Below, piece by piece: positions 27,113-41,545 of a DNA stretch of 64,000 bases; position 1 is the first letter of the stretch; each line of letters starts with the position of its first letter. A model generated the notes under the pieces. The model saw nothing but the letters and a program-made list of their open reading frames with translations. It was not told where the DNA came from and made no database searches. The stretch comes from Octopus sinensis. Taxonomy: Eukaryota. Where the stretch lies: the NCBI RefSeq assembly GCF_006345805.1, contig NC_043001.1:28024001-28088000 (forward strand), given 5' to 3'. The position numbers and the translations under genes are program-made.

Positions 27113-28162
27113 TACACTCAGCACTCGGTTGGCACTCATCGCACCTGAGTAGACAGAAGCAACGTGGAATGAAATGTATTGCTAAAGGGTAAAATACATT
27201 GCTCGATCCAGGAATAAAAACTCACGACCATTTTGTTCATGAAACCTAGCGCCCTAACCACTAGGCTATGCTCTTTCATAAGGACCGTTAGTCCAGCACA
27301 TAATTACTCATTCAGGTTATATCGCCTCAACGAGTGTTTCGGTCCACCTTTGGACGTAATAAAATTCTTTGTATTGCATTCCGTTTACGCAGTGAGTATT
27401 TCAACTGAACATTTCTTTTTTCTTTCACTACGAAATATATGAGTTCCGAAAGTAGCGAAAATATTCATGGTAACTCTTTTACTCTGCTTCAATACTCTGT
27501 GTGACGTTCCTTTTGTGTAATGAACGAACACTGAATCCAAATGCATTGCAAAGAGTGACATTGCGAGTAGTAGGAGGAGAAGAAGATGCAAACATTTTTT
27601 GTAAAATATGCTTATTAAAACGGTTAAAAGAGGGGAAAAAATGGTATAATAAGATGCAGCGTCAAAATAGCATGAAGACGAGACATTTTGCATGAATGAA
27701 ACAGAGGTGAAAGGGGATGAATGGGGTTAAATGAAAAGACACTAATGAATTAAACATTCTTTCTGTCTCTAATTTTGTCTTTTTTTTTTCCTATCATCTT
27801 CTGAGAAAAGTCTGGCGAGTGGGCACAATAAGACGATGATTATGGAGGAAAGAAGAATAAAGACAAATACAAAATAAATATCTAAATAAATAAATAAAAA
27901 AAAGCAGATGAAAGTATCAAAAGAAAACAGAAACAAATTGCATAGAGAAAGGAAAGGAAGGATGATAAAGCAATGGTGTGGAAACATAATGAGAAGGATG
28001 GAATAAATACATAGCAAAGTAGTTGATATTACAAAACATGGAAAAACGGAGAAAATTAATATAGGAAAAAAAAAAAATGGCGGCCGAACAAAATGAATAA
28101 CTACGTTGAAATAATAAATAATACGAACTTATTGGTTAATGAACATGATAATGGGTTTGCGT

Positions 28163-28340
28163 GCTTGCTGCTGCTGCTGCTACTGCTGCTGCTACTAATG
28201 CTACTGTTACAGATGCTGTTGTTACTGTGTTACTACTACTACTACTATTATTATTATTACTACTACTACTACTGCTGCTGCTGCTACTACTGCTGCTGCT
28301 GCTGCTACTACTACTACTACTACTTCTACTGCTGCTGCTG

Positions 28341-28394
<54 letters not shown>

Positions 28395-28435
28395 TCACTA
28401 CTACTATTGGTATTGCTACCGCTGCCGCTAATACT
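28163..28435. repeat. (CTG/CTA)n compound trinucleotide repeat
   Basis: Directly visible. Confidence 0.95.
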
Positions 28436-29140
28436 ATAGTGTTAAATCTGTATCTGTTACTATTGATAATTATTGTGGAGGCGAAAGAAAACGCTACTAA
28501 TTATTAATTTGGTTATTTCTGTTACTGGCGTTTTACCATTAGTAATGCTTCCGCTGTAGCTGTTGTTGTTATTGAACAACTACTACTAACATTGCTGGTA
28601 TGATCGTAACAAAATAAGTACAAACAATTCCAAAGTCCCTATCAATGATAGAAATTTTGGAATTGACTACAATGCACTTTTATAGAGAAGGTTTATTGGT
28701 ACAGTAATTGCAACATCACATCGCACAGCAGTTACTATCTTGCCGATAGTACTTTTAATCTGACTGCGCACATATAAACAAGAGTCACCAATATTAGTGA
28801 CAAAGATTCAACTGAATATATTGTAATAATGATAACTTTTGAATCCTTAATCCAGCATAATAATGATACATCCCTTAAACAATCCTTATTTAGGGACCTT
28901 TTGAACGGGATGGGTTACTCGACCAGAAGAAAATTCTGACTGGGTTCCATCTGCAAGGTCATGCGTTATTTATCTTGATATGAGATCATCATGTCGCGCA
29001 CATGTGGTTGTGATACATGTGCCTGGTGTAACCTTATCAGACAGGTAGTCATGATGGGTATATTGGGTTTCGTATATTTTACCTCAGTTTCACTTTGATG
29101 GCTTGCGCTGCTCTCTCACTCAATAATAATAATGATGATG

Positions 29141-29199
<59 letters not shown>

Positions 29200-30498
29200 T
29201 TAGGCACAAGACCTGAAAATTTGGGAGAGGGAGATAGTCTATTACATCGACCCCAGTGCGTAACTGGTACTTATTTTATCGACCTCGAAAGAGTAGAAAG
29301 GTAAAGTCGACGTCAGCGGAACTTGTACTTGGTACGTAAAGATGGACGAAATACCGCTAAGAACTTCGCCCTGCGTGCTAACGATTCTATCATCTCGCTG
29401 TCTTTGTCTTTGCTTAGATTATGTAAATATAACTGTATTTATTGAGCTGTCTCTCTCTCCTCATGCTTTGTTTTAACAACGCTATTCACAGATTGGAAAT
29501 AAACAAAAGCGGTGACTCTCTAAGAAAAGCGGTTGTTTATGTTTAGTTCCATCTTCGTTTGTTTAGTTAATGACATCTTTTGCTACTGCTAGGTCAGGAG
29601 CTGCAAATATGAATGTATTATAAGGGGAGTAAAGCGGAATCTGTGTATTCTACATCGTTTCATATTTAACATGCCATAGTGACTACACAGAGTTGTGTCG
29701 TATGCTAGATATACAACATTCCTTGCATATCTTTTCAATCTTCCAGTTCACAAATTTTAATCTCTTATTGCATTATCTTTCTTCATCTGACATCTAATAA
29801 TATGAAAGCATGTGTCTGTCTGCCTTTTACTGAATTATCAAAAGAATATAAGCTTCTTTAAAATATTGCAAAAAGAAATGAACTAACATTATAGTTGTTC
29901 AGTCTTAATAGAACAATCTTCATATTTTCATACATTGTGTTTATTGGTAAAAATAGTACACAAAGACTCAGCTTGACGTTTAAATAAATCATAAAACTGG
30001 AGTAAATTTATATATTCAAAAGTCATATGGCAATTTCCTGTGAAACGGCACCCACTAAAAGTACCTTAGGGTTTCATTAAAAAAGAAAAGCATGAAATTC
30101 TTTGCACTGTTTCAAATCTCCTTTTTGATAAAGCTTGGTTAACTTCAGTAATCATGATGTTAAGAAAAAACTGTTTTTAATCTTATAGAGATTGTCTTAA
30201 AACATTTTAAGCTAAATTATATATTGGTGTTTATTTCACAACCGTTTAAGAATAAATGAATGCAGAAACATGAAAATAAGAAACTTAAGAGAGAATGTGA
30301 ATCGAATTTCATTCAGTCGTATTACTGCATATACGTTGAACTTCTAACAATTTGCAAAGATAACCTGGAACTCGACTAAGGAAAGAAAACTCCGAATGAC
30401 CCGTCCTTGCTTTCTTTGTATCGTCTATCTGGATGTTTTCTTGTCCCTTTCTTGTATCACATGTCTGGATGTTTTGCGTTCTTGTCCCATTATGTATG

Positions 30499-30551
<53 letters not shown>

Positions 30552-30672
30552 ATGTACGTATAAAAATTGGTCTAATGTTTTTGCTATATATATCTATGTA
30601 AATATAGATAGATTATTTCTGAAGAAATACGTGATCGTTTCAACTAGAATGCCTTCACTCATATGTCTATAG

Positions 30673-30973
30673 CAGTGGTTCCTAAAGTGGGTGATAGTGC
30701 TCACTTGGAGGATGTGTGTACGTGTGAAAAGATCCAGGCGAGCTTTGAAGAAAAATGGGGCGATATTGGGGGTGACCAAAACGTGGCAATGGATGAAAAA
30801 ACAAAATAAACCAAATAAATGGTTAATTAGCTTAAGTTTTATTTGTAAAATACTATTGTTTCGAATTTGCTGCAGAAAATTTGGTCTATGTCTGTGAAGG
30901 GCGAGTGCAACTAGGAATGTGGCCTTAGAACCAAAAGGGGGGGGGACAGCATGAAAAAGTTTGGGAGCCACTG
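30673..30973. mobile_element. hAT (Charlie-like) MITE
   Basis: TIRs CAGTGGTTCCTAAA / TTTGGGAGCCACTG; 8-bp TSD gtctatag (30665-30672) and gtctacag (30974-30981). Confidence 0.85.
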
Positions 30974-31249
30974 GTCTACAGGATCAGGATTGACTTGGAC
31001 TTAAATAACAACATACCATATTATATGGAGGTAAGTATAGGCAACACAAAACTTGCTTGTCCACGTGCCAAATTTATTGCAGGTCCGCGACCATAAAGTG
31101 GTTAGTTATGATACCATTTGGTGCCTACTAACAACTCAGTGGACAAATTGAATCTAAGCTGTGGAGTCAACTGTGCTGATAAGATTATATGAAACGCTGA
31201 TGTCGTAACTGATTGCCCATTAATCTAACGGTTACTTTTTTTTCGCCCA

Positions 31250-31554
31250 TTTCAAGCCTAGCCAGACTCATGGGCCCGGTTTCCCGGTTTCTGTGGGCGT
31301 ATGTGTTTCCCCCCACCCCAGCTGGACGGGACGCCAGTCCATCGCAGCGTTACTCAAGAAACAGGAAGAGAGAGTGAGAGAAAGTTGTGGCGAAAGAGTA
31401 CAACAGGGATCACCACCTCTCCCTGCCGGAGACACGAGGAGCTTTTACGTGTTTTTGCTAAATAAACACAAACAACGTCCGGTCGGGGAATCGAAACCGC
31501 GATCCTCCGACCGCGAGTCTGCTGTCCTAACCACTGGGTCATTGCGCCTCCACA
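31250..31554 (-). mobile_element. SINE family C
   Basis: Reverse-complement match to 12105..12410. Confidence 0.85.
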
Positions 31555-32000
31555 ATCTAACGGCTACTACTTTCAAATATGGTTCTCCAATAAAGTTTGA
31601 ACGATTAACTAACGAAGCAAACTATTCAAGCTCAATTGTAATGTAAAACTTATTACATTATTTTTCATTGATTAGCTAACGAAAATGTGTTGTCGGCCAT
31701 GTTGAATCATTGAAATATTCACTGGGAAAGTGAAATTTATAAACACCAAGGATCAAAGTGTAGCAAAATTCTTATTGAGAACGTTCGCCCAAGTATTGCA
31801 AGATTTTAATTGGGTTCAAGTATTTCTGTAAGTGCATCAGTTATTTTCTTGTATACACGCCCCTTAATTAGCCATGTTCCCTTATATGTCCGTATATTTT
31901 CGTAAGTGTTTCTCTATATTGCAACCTTCTACAAATGTTTCTATTTTAAACTAGAGAAATTATTTCCATGCTGGACCAAAACTACACAAACAAAAAAAAA

Positions 32001-32098
<98 letters not shown>

Positions 32099-34007
32099 AT
32101 ACACACACACACATATAAATATATATATGTAAACACACACACACACACACAGACGTAGATGTATATGTATCTTTGTATGTATCTGTGCACTTATGTATGT
32201 ATATATTCATATATATATATATATACACACTCACACACATACCCTCACACACACATACACTCACACACACATATTCACACTCAATCACTCACACACACAA
32301 GCACACGTACAATATATGTATATGGTATAACAGATTGGAATGTTTCTTTAACATTTCTAATTGGAAACTAAATTTGGTAACGACGGAAAGAAAGAAAGAA
32401 ATGGCTAAATAAATGACTGAAATTGATTGAAACACAAAATCTTGTACGAAACATTGGAAGAAGAAAGGAAGGCTGTGGAAACGTGTCGCAGCCAGTCTAA
32501 TAGCTTGGCATTAATTTGAGTTGTTAATTAGTACTTGAGGGCTTATGGAGCAGATGTTACAGTTATCAGTAAATCCAACGAACATATACATACACACACT
32601 CACATGTATGTGTATATATAATATACAATATATATATATATATATATAGTCGCATACATGGATACAGATGTTTACAACAATATAAACAGAGATTTATGTA
32701 CACAATCACAAAATTTCAAGCGAACTTATATAGTAAATACGTGCTACTATCTAATCTGTAATCTCTTTTCACACTTGAATATTCAGTGAATCTCTGTGAC
32801 CAATTAGATGCCGTATGAAATTAACTGGTGAATAATAATGGTTCGAGTTGTGCACAATTTTTCCACTAGTGTCTAAGGTAGTTTAATTATATGGATTGGT
32901 GTAAGCTTTCGTAATTTCTTTTTTTTATCGCATCAGCGAATTAATAATAACAAGCTATAGAAAGCGAAGCAAAACGACGAGAGGCGAATTGTCGGCATAA
33001 GAGAGGGCTCATATCAATGAGCTGATGGCCAAACCTGATTGAACGAAAATGTGGATATTTTTGGCATAATTCAACACGAAGACCAGTTTTGTACTGATAA
33101 CGGCTTTACTGATTACTCACTTTGCCCCAATGTTAAGTTTCTTCGAGGTTCAATGATAGAAATGGATTTTCAAACCTAGGTCCATGAAGCTAATCTATGA
33201 AACAGAGATCCGTGTGATTTAGGCTGGTATCGAGGGTGGCTTATAAACCTCTATGAGCACATTTTTGAATGTAAAATGACGGGGAAAACTGACCCCCGCT
33301 GCGTACACAACCCCTATTTCCACTATTATTGAAGTTCAGTTTTCCTATTATGATGCAGAACATTTTTGTGTTTTTAACTTCGAAAGTTAATCAGGAAAAG
33401 GTAACTATGTTTCTTATTCATACTTGTATAATTATTGCTTTCCAGTATTTTAGTTAAGAACAAGCTACAGTTTGATTTTAGTTAAATAAAAATTAAAAAA
33501 AACAACTTATATAGTCATTGATATTAACGGTTTCAAATTTTGGCTCAAGGCTAGAAGTTTCAGAAGAGAGGAGGAAGACGATTACATCGGCCCCAGTACG
33601 TCACTGGAACTTATTTCATTGACCCTGAAAGGACAAAATCCTCGCCCCACTACTCATAAGGATTACATATGTGATTAGAGGTGACAAGGCCAAATGAATA
33701 CCATTTTATATAAGTGTAATTAATGTTCATTCCAAATGCTATTTAACATACTTCGGCCCAAGTTATTAAATTCACTTCAGTTGTTTACACCATTTTTTTC
33801 CTATAACATCGGGAATAAACCGTATATCTTTAAATATTTTAAAGCAAAACGATTTCACCATCATCCTTTCTCTCCCACAGCTTCCATTTGAGGTACAGTT
33901 CCTTTCGTTTATGAACTCTGTAAAGCATTGTCCGGATACTTATTCTTTAATACTGCTCATGGAAAATCACTATTAATCTCGTCTAAATTGTACCACTAAT
34001 CGCTCTC

Positions 34008-34093
<86 letters not shown>

Positions 34094-34113
34094 ATCTCTC
34101 CCTCTTTCTCTCC

Positions 34114-34153
<40 letters not shown>

Positions 34154-34493
34154 CTGCCTGTCTCTCTATATATCCATCCCTCCATCTATCCATCTATCTG
34201 TCTATTTCTTTGTTTAACCGTAGCTTAACTATTTATTATGTATTACCATTTATTATTCATAGTTTTCGTGTATTCACGTTGATTAGATTAAGCAACCGAA
34301 GGAGATGAATTATTAATTATTTACAATATTGTCTACACAGTTGTTACACCGCTTTCTCTCCATAGTGTTTTACTGTATCTCTGTCTATTTAACAAAATTT
34401 CTCTCAACCTCACTCGCTAACCGTCAGTTCATTTGTCTCATTGTTCTATCTCTCAATATCTGCGTATTTACCACACTTTCACACAAACTCATC

Positions 34494-34542
<49 letters not shown>

Positions 34543-34859
34543 CACACACACACACACACACACACATGTGCACACAAGCAGACACAAACACACATACACC
34601 CATACTGCTTGTTTCTTACTCTCCACTTCAGCCATCTAACCAGCTTCCTAACCAACTATTCACCTTCCTCCCTCACCGCCTTCAAAAGGTATCAACCTAT
34701 CGCCGAATCAACTAACCTATTTTCTCAAACTACTTTACCTATCTATTTATTTATCTATCTATCTTTCTATCTATTGATCATTTTTTTTTCCTCCCCCCCC
34801 CTTTTTTTTTTTTTTTTTTTGTTAACCCCCCTTATTTTTGTCCTCTTTCTCTCCTTTTA

Positions 34860-34887
34860 CGATCCCTTTTGATCGAACCTCCCCCTT

Positions 34888-34922
<35 letters not shown>

Positions 34923-35376
34923 CCTTCAAAAGAAAAGCTCTACCTTGTAATTTGTTCTATCTGTGTGCAGCCCTGTGTGGCTAATAAAGAAACATATCTA
35001 TATATCTACTTTTTATTACCTCTTTCTTTACTACCCACAAGGGGCTAAACACAGAGGGGACAAACAAGGACATACATAGGTATTAAGTCGATTATATCGA
35101 CCTCAGTGCGTAACTGGTACTTAATTTATCGACCCCGAAAGGATGAAAGGCAAAGTCGACCTCGGCGGAATTTGAACTCAGAACGTTACTCCCAAAAAGA
35201 AAAGCTCTACTTTGTATTTTGTCTCGTCTGTGTTCAGTCCTGTGTGGCCAATAAAGAAATATATCTATCAGTCTGTCTGACTGGCTGTCTGTCTGTCTGC
35301 CTGTTTGCTGCCTACCTGCGTGTCTGTATGTCTGCCTGTCTCGCTGGCTGTCTCTCTCTCTCTATCTGTCAGATTG

Positions 35377-35459
<83 letters not shown>

Positions 35460-35586
35460 GATCCCTATTGATCGAACGTTTCTTTTTCTTTGTGTCCCAC
35501 CCATCCCACCTCGAAAAGAAAAAACTCTACATTGTATTTCGTCCATTTTTATTCTGTGTTTAGCCCTGTGTGGCCACAATAAAAAG

Positions 35587-35590
<4 letters not shown>
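34860..35590 (+). mobile_element. Three tandem 3' ends of an L1/Tx1-like LINE, plus an inverted family A SINE piece (35020..35187)
   Basis: Repeated aaaagaaaagctctacNttgta...ctgtgtNcagccctgtgtggcYaataaagaaa near 34925, 35192 and 35512, each followed by TATC-type repeats. Confidence 0.65.
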
Positions 35591-35678
<88 letters not shown>

Positions 35679-36046
35679 ATATCTATCTATCTATCTATCT
35701 ATCAATCTCTGTCTGCTGCTCTCACAATCTATCTCTCTTTGTCTTCTTTCTTAGGTGGAACCAATCAGCTGCCAACAATAATTACACCAATAATTATCGG
35801 AAGCAACGACAAGTCAAACAGAAAACCACTTCTCTTTCCCCCCTTCTCTCTTCCTCTCTCTCTCTCCCTACCTCTCTCCACATACACATACTTATATTCA
35901 TACATACATGCATTCATACATACATGCAGACATGCATACATACGTATATACATGCACACACATACACACACACACGCAAATATTCACACATATGTATATA
36001 TAAGTTCTTTTTCTACATTCAATACGTTCCACGTATCCACGCACAC

Positions 36047-36093
<47 letters not shown>

Positions 36094-36178
36094 CACATAT
36101 ACACGTAATGTATATTCTTTTATCCGTCGTCTCTGCCATCGTCCATTTTAACTTATATGTGTGGTCTGTGTGTCCCCT

Positions 36179-36271
<93 letters not shown>

Positions 36272-36309
36272 ATACATATGTCTATATATATATATGTATT
36301 TATACATAT

Positions 36310-36350
<41 letters not shown>

Positions 36351-36425
36351 CACCAGCACATATATATATATACACATACATACATACACACACACATATA
36401 TATATACATATATACATACATATAC

Positions 36426-36501
<76 letters not shown>

Positions 36502-37145
36502 CATATATATATATATATATGTGTGTATATATATGTATATATATATATATATATGCTAAGCATAACCAGTTCAATTGCAGTATCAGTTTTAGCTCTTTCA
36601 ATCATCCTGCACTATTACGGTTTGCCAGCTCACAATTCGTAACCGCAGAAGGAGTCACTCTTGACAAAATAGAGCCGAGGACATCCGGTTGTCAGAGACC
36701 GGAACGTGTGGGTGAGAGAGGGAGAGCGAACGACGAGATTAAATAGGAGAGGAAGAGAGTGTGTGGTAGACGTGGAGAGTTAAAGAGGGGGAATGAGAAA
36801 CAGAAGACAGAGGCGTATTGAGATGGTGGTGGTGTTGGTGGCGGTGGATCGAATAAATGAGTTAGTTGGTGAAAAAGAAAGGAAGCAAAAATATGGCGCT
36901 AGGTGTGTAATTTGAAACGAATAATAGATAGGACGAATAATAGATACAATTAGGGTTATATATGCGTACAATATACATACACACATACATACATACATAT
37001 ATGCATACATACATACATACATACATGCATACATATACATGTAGAGGAGCTTGTGTGTATGTATGTTCATGTATTCTTGTATGGATCTTCGTATATGTAT
37101 GTATATGTGATTATATGTCTGACCGTGTACATGAATTGTGCGTGC

Positions 37146-37200
<55 letters not shown>

Positions 37201-37743
37201 GTATGTATTATATATATACCTACATATATATATAGGTATGTATATATGTATATATATATATTATATATATATATATATAATATATATATATATATACATA
37301 TATACGTACATATATATATGTGTATGTATATATGTATGCATGTATGTATGTGTATGTATGCATGTATGTGTGAGTGTGTGCGTGCGTGTGCGTGTGTGTC
37401 TGTATGTGTGTGTGTGTTTATGATACGTCTGTATGTGTTTGGTGGTTTCATGCATTAGTCTTCTGTTAATTATGAAGTGATTAAATACACAAATAATTGA
37501 ATGTTAATTACATCTACAACTAACTGAAACCTGATTTTAATTTGATGACCTTCATACATTTTCTTCCTATCTTTAGAAATATTGATTTTTCGCGTTGCAG
37601 GTGGGGGTGGTAGACAGAAAGGGGTGTAGGTATTGATGCACACACTAGAAACAGATATATAGTACCAAACCAGAGGAAATTTTCAAACCAGAATTACAAA
37701 CAAAAAAGAAAATAATATAAAAAAATAAAAAAACAAATACATA

Positions 37744-38155
37744 TAGGCGTAGGAGTGGCTGTGTGGTAAATAGCTTGCTTACCAACCACATGGTTCCGGG
37801 TTCAGTCCCACTGCGTGGCACCTTGGGAAAGTGTCCTCTACAATGGCCTCGGGCAAACCAAAGCCTTGTGAGTGGATTTGGTAGGCGGAAACTGAAAGAA
37901 GCCCGTCGTATATATGTATATACATATATATATATGTATGTGTGTGTATATGTTTGTGTGTCTGTGTTTGTCCCACCCCCCAACATCGCTTGACAACCGA
38001 TGCTGGTGTATTTGCGTCCTCGTAACTTTACGGTTCGACAAAAGGAATAAATACTAGGCTTACAAAGAATAAGTCCTGGGGTCGATTTGCTCGACCAAAG
38101 GTGGTGCTCCAGGATGACCGCAGTCAAATGACTGAAACAAATTAAAGCTTAAAAG
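37744..38155 (+). mobile_element. SINE family B, full length
   Basis: Head taggcgtaggagtggctgtgtggtaa...gggttcagtccca, central ccttgggaaagtgtc, tail cagtcaaatgactgaaac. Confidence 0.9.
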
Positions 38156-38393
38156 AATACATCATGGATTTGATCTTGAGAGAGCGGCTGAGTTGAATCC
38201 ATGACCTTAGCAGATTCTCAAAAATCGGTAAATTTGACATGGTAAATGCTCTTCTTGGATATTTGCAAGCAGACAGCTGCTAGGAATCGTGACCATGGAG
38301 TGAATTCCAAGAGTTGACAATCAGGGGTACAAGGACCCGACGTATTGGTTAGTGCACTCCTAATGGAGGGATGAGATTATGTAGGTGCCATGG

Positions 38394-38840
38394 AGGCGAC
38401 AAGCCGGTAGAGTCGTTAACACGCCGGGCAAAATGCTTAGCGTCATTTCGTCCGTCTTTACGTTCTGAGTTCAAATTCCGCCGAAGTCGACTTTGCCCTT
38501 CATCCTTTCGGGGTTGATAAATTTATTACCTATTTCTTTACTACCCACAAGGGGCTAAACATAGAGGGGACGAACAAAGACAGACATTACATCGACCCCA
38601 GTGCGTAACTGGTACTTAATTTATCGACCCCGAAAGGATGAAAGGCTAAGTTGACCTCGGCGGAATTTGAATTCAGAACGTAAAGACAGACGAAATACCG
38701 CTAAGCACTTCGCCTGGCATGCTAACGATTCTGCCAACTCGCCGCCCTCATAAATTTATTACCAATTGAGCACTGGGGTCGATGTAATCGACTTAACTCC
38801 TCCCCGCGAATTTCAGGCCTTGCGCTTTTTGTAAAAAGGA
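38394..38840. mobile_element. Nested family A SINEs: minus-strand copy (38531..38749) inserted into a plus-strand copy
   Basis: 14-bp direct repeat ataaatttattacc at 38517-38530 and 38750-38763. Confidence 0.88.
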
Positions 38841-39100
38841 TTATGTAGATAGCATGAGATTAGCCAGCTATCAAAAACCAAGGGTACTGCTGAAGGAGAT
38901 GGGGAACAACAAGACAGTGAAGCAGCACGTGTTTGATGTATAGGTTTACGTTTACTGTTTTGCTGTTTCATGACAGTCAGGTGGGTGGCCTATTTTGGAT
39001 ACTATCAGAGATATATTCGTGTAGGGGATTTTTGTATGTGGGTGGGGTATAGATTTCCATTAGTTGAGACAATGAATTTTCGTAAGGTAAATATAGCGCT

Positions 39101-39330
39101 TGTGGAGGCGCGTGGCTTAGTGGTTAGGGTGTCGGCATCATGATCGTAAGATTGTGGTTTCGATTCCTGGACCGGGCGACGCGTTGTGTTCTTGAGCAAA
39201 ACACTTCATTTCACATTGTTCCAGTCCACTCAGCTGGCAAAAATGAGTAAAGCTGCGATGGACTGGCGTCCCATCCAGCTGAGGAACATATACGCCATGG
39301 AAGAGCCTGGCTAGGCTTTAAAAGGGTGCA
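39101..39330 (+). mobile_element. SINE family D
   Basis: tgtggaggcgcgtggcttagtggttagg...ggtttcgattcc; near-identical inverted copy at 44760..45008. Confidence 0.88.
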
Positions 39331-39517
39331 TTTATTTATTTTTTATAAATATATCGTTTATTATGTGACTAATAATGATTGGAAGATAAAATGTAATATG
39401 ATTGTAAAGATACAACTGATTTATTCATCAATGAAACACGCGTAAGACTGTTTTGAATAAATATGCATAAACTTATTTCCACTTTTGCTTTTATGCGTGT
39501 ATATATGTATAAGAATG

Positions 39518-39582
<65 letters not shown>

Positions 39583-39825
39583 AACAATACACTTGCAAAG
39601 TATTAATGCGACATATGAAATTCCATTTCAGTCAAATCCCCATTTCGGAAAATTTTCAGAAAAATATTTTCAAAGTACATTCTCTTTTAACTCGGTTCAA
39701 TTGGCAGCCAGTTCCATTTTACTGTGCTGCTGCGTAAGAATAGTAGAAAGAATTCCAAAGCCTCTTAAAGCATCCGTTAGAGATATTTCACAAAGTTGCT
39801 AGGATTAGTTCGTTATGGTCGCTTA

Positions 39826-39930
<105 letters not shown>

Positions 39931-40458
39931 TTTTAATAATAATATTATTTGCATTTTAGGCTAAACAGTAATGAAATATAGAGAAATACGAAAATATTTA
40001 AGGACGTTCTTGTTTGTTTAACTTCTGATATAGACATCAAATGTATCTGGACCCACACTCACCCACACATATTCTCTCTCTCTCTCACTCTCTATTTCCC
40101 TCTTCCCCACACACCACATGTGCTCGCGCGCGCACTCTCTCTCTCACACGCAAATGAACATTTAATTGGGTGAATAAATATGATATACAATGTATTATTT
40201 ACATATATATGTAATAAATACATGTAGGCGCAAGTGTGGCTGCAATAAATACATATAGATGCAAGAAAACTTTTCCTCTAACCATATGGTTCCAGCTTCA
40301 ACCCTCCTTGGTTATGTTTCTTCTATAAAACATTGGGCCTACCACGATGTTTACTGGTTACAAAATGGCAATTAAAATCGGGTCCATTTGAGAAAGGGAG
40401 ATAATCTCAAAATCTGAAAGTTCTCTAAAGTTGTTATGCCATTAAGGAAAATGATAGC

Positions 40459-40618
40459 CATATTGTGACGTATATTCGCCATCTAAATATGGCTAACCCA
40501 TAAGGGTGGATGCTACTGTAGTTTGTAGCCCCAGGAGGACACCTGGGGCTACAAACTACAGTAGCATCCACCCTAAGGGGTTAGCTATATTTAAATGGCG
40601 AATATACGTCACGATGTG
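40459..40618. repeat. Long near-perfect palindrome (77-bp arms, 6-nt loop)
   Basis: Arms at 40459-40535 and 40542-40618 have 6 mismatches; the inner 33 bp are perfect. Confidence 0.93.
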
Positions 40619-41182
40619 TTGCAGCTACTGTTTATAACTCGCTCTAAGATTTATTATTGATAACCATATTGTCTGGAGATAAGTGGACGCTCATTGACAT
40701 ATTTCTAGTTCAATAGTTATCCAAATATGAAACATATTTATGGCGTTAGTAATTTGCATAATCTAATCGGAAATGAGCTAAGAGAAATAGCTCGGAGTGA
40801 ATAGTAGCATATATTTGAACAACATAGGCAAATACAAGCATATCAAATACCACACAACATAATTTTCTCATTTATTGAAATTATCTTCGCCTCTAGAGAG
40901 TGACCGGCTCTCTAGAAGACCAGCTCCACTTTAGACGGGAAGATAATTTCCAGATTCAAGATTTTCCCAAAGCAGTCAATTCTAGAGAGCCCAGTACTTG
41001 ACTTGTACTTTCTTTCATCGACACCGGAAGTCTGAACGACAAATTTGCTTTCAGTCGATTTTGAACTCTGAACGTAGTAAACAATAACTGAATGCAGTAA
41101 GTTATTATGTCCGACATTTTCCTGTTGCTGTCAATCCGCCAACTCGGGTAGCAATAATATGGTTCCTATACAGTATGAACTT

Positions 41183-41545
41183 GTGAAGGCGTGTGACAGA
41201 GTGGTTAGGGTGCTGCACTCACGGTCGCTAGATCGTGGGTTCGAGTCTCGGAGCGGAGGTTGCGTTATGTTTTTGAGTGACATAAACGTTGACACGTCGG
41301 CGAAAATACTTTACGGTATATCTTTCGGCTCTCTACATTCTGAGTTCAGATCCTACATGACTGGAGAAGGCAACAGGAAACCATTCCAGTATTCATCGTG
41401 GGTCTAGTCATAGTAGCCAAAGTTCCAGTAATCTGCTTATCGCTGGCACGGGAGGATATAGGCCCTCCCAGGTCGTATAGAGAGCATTGGAGAAGGTTCA
41501 CACGCGTAGTACTTGCATAAGGGTCGACCAACGCTAGACTAAACC
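41183..41545 (+). mobile_element. tRNA-head SINE with RTE/BovB-like tail
   Basis: Head gtgaaggcgtgtgacagagtggttagg...gggttcgagtc. Tail motifs ggagaaggcaacaggaaaccattccagtattc and cataagggtcg...gactaaa resemble RTE-derived SINE ends. Confidence 0.6.

Noticed and set aside
40877-40950. Small nested inverted repeats (12-bp outer, 9-bp inner)
   Set aside because: Too short to distinguish from a decayed MITE or chance.
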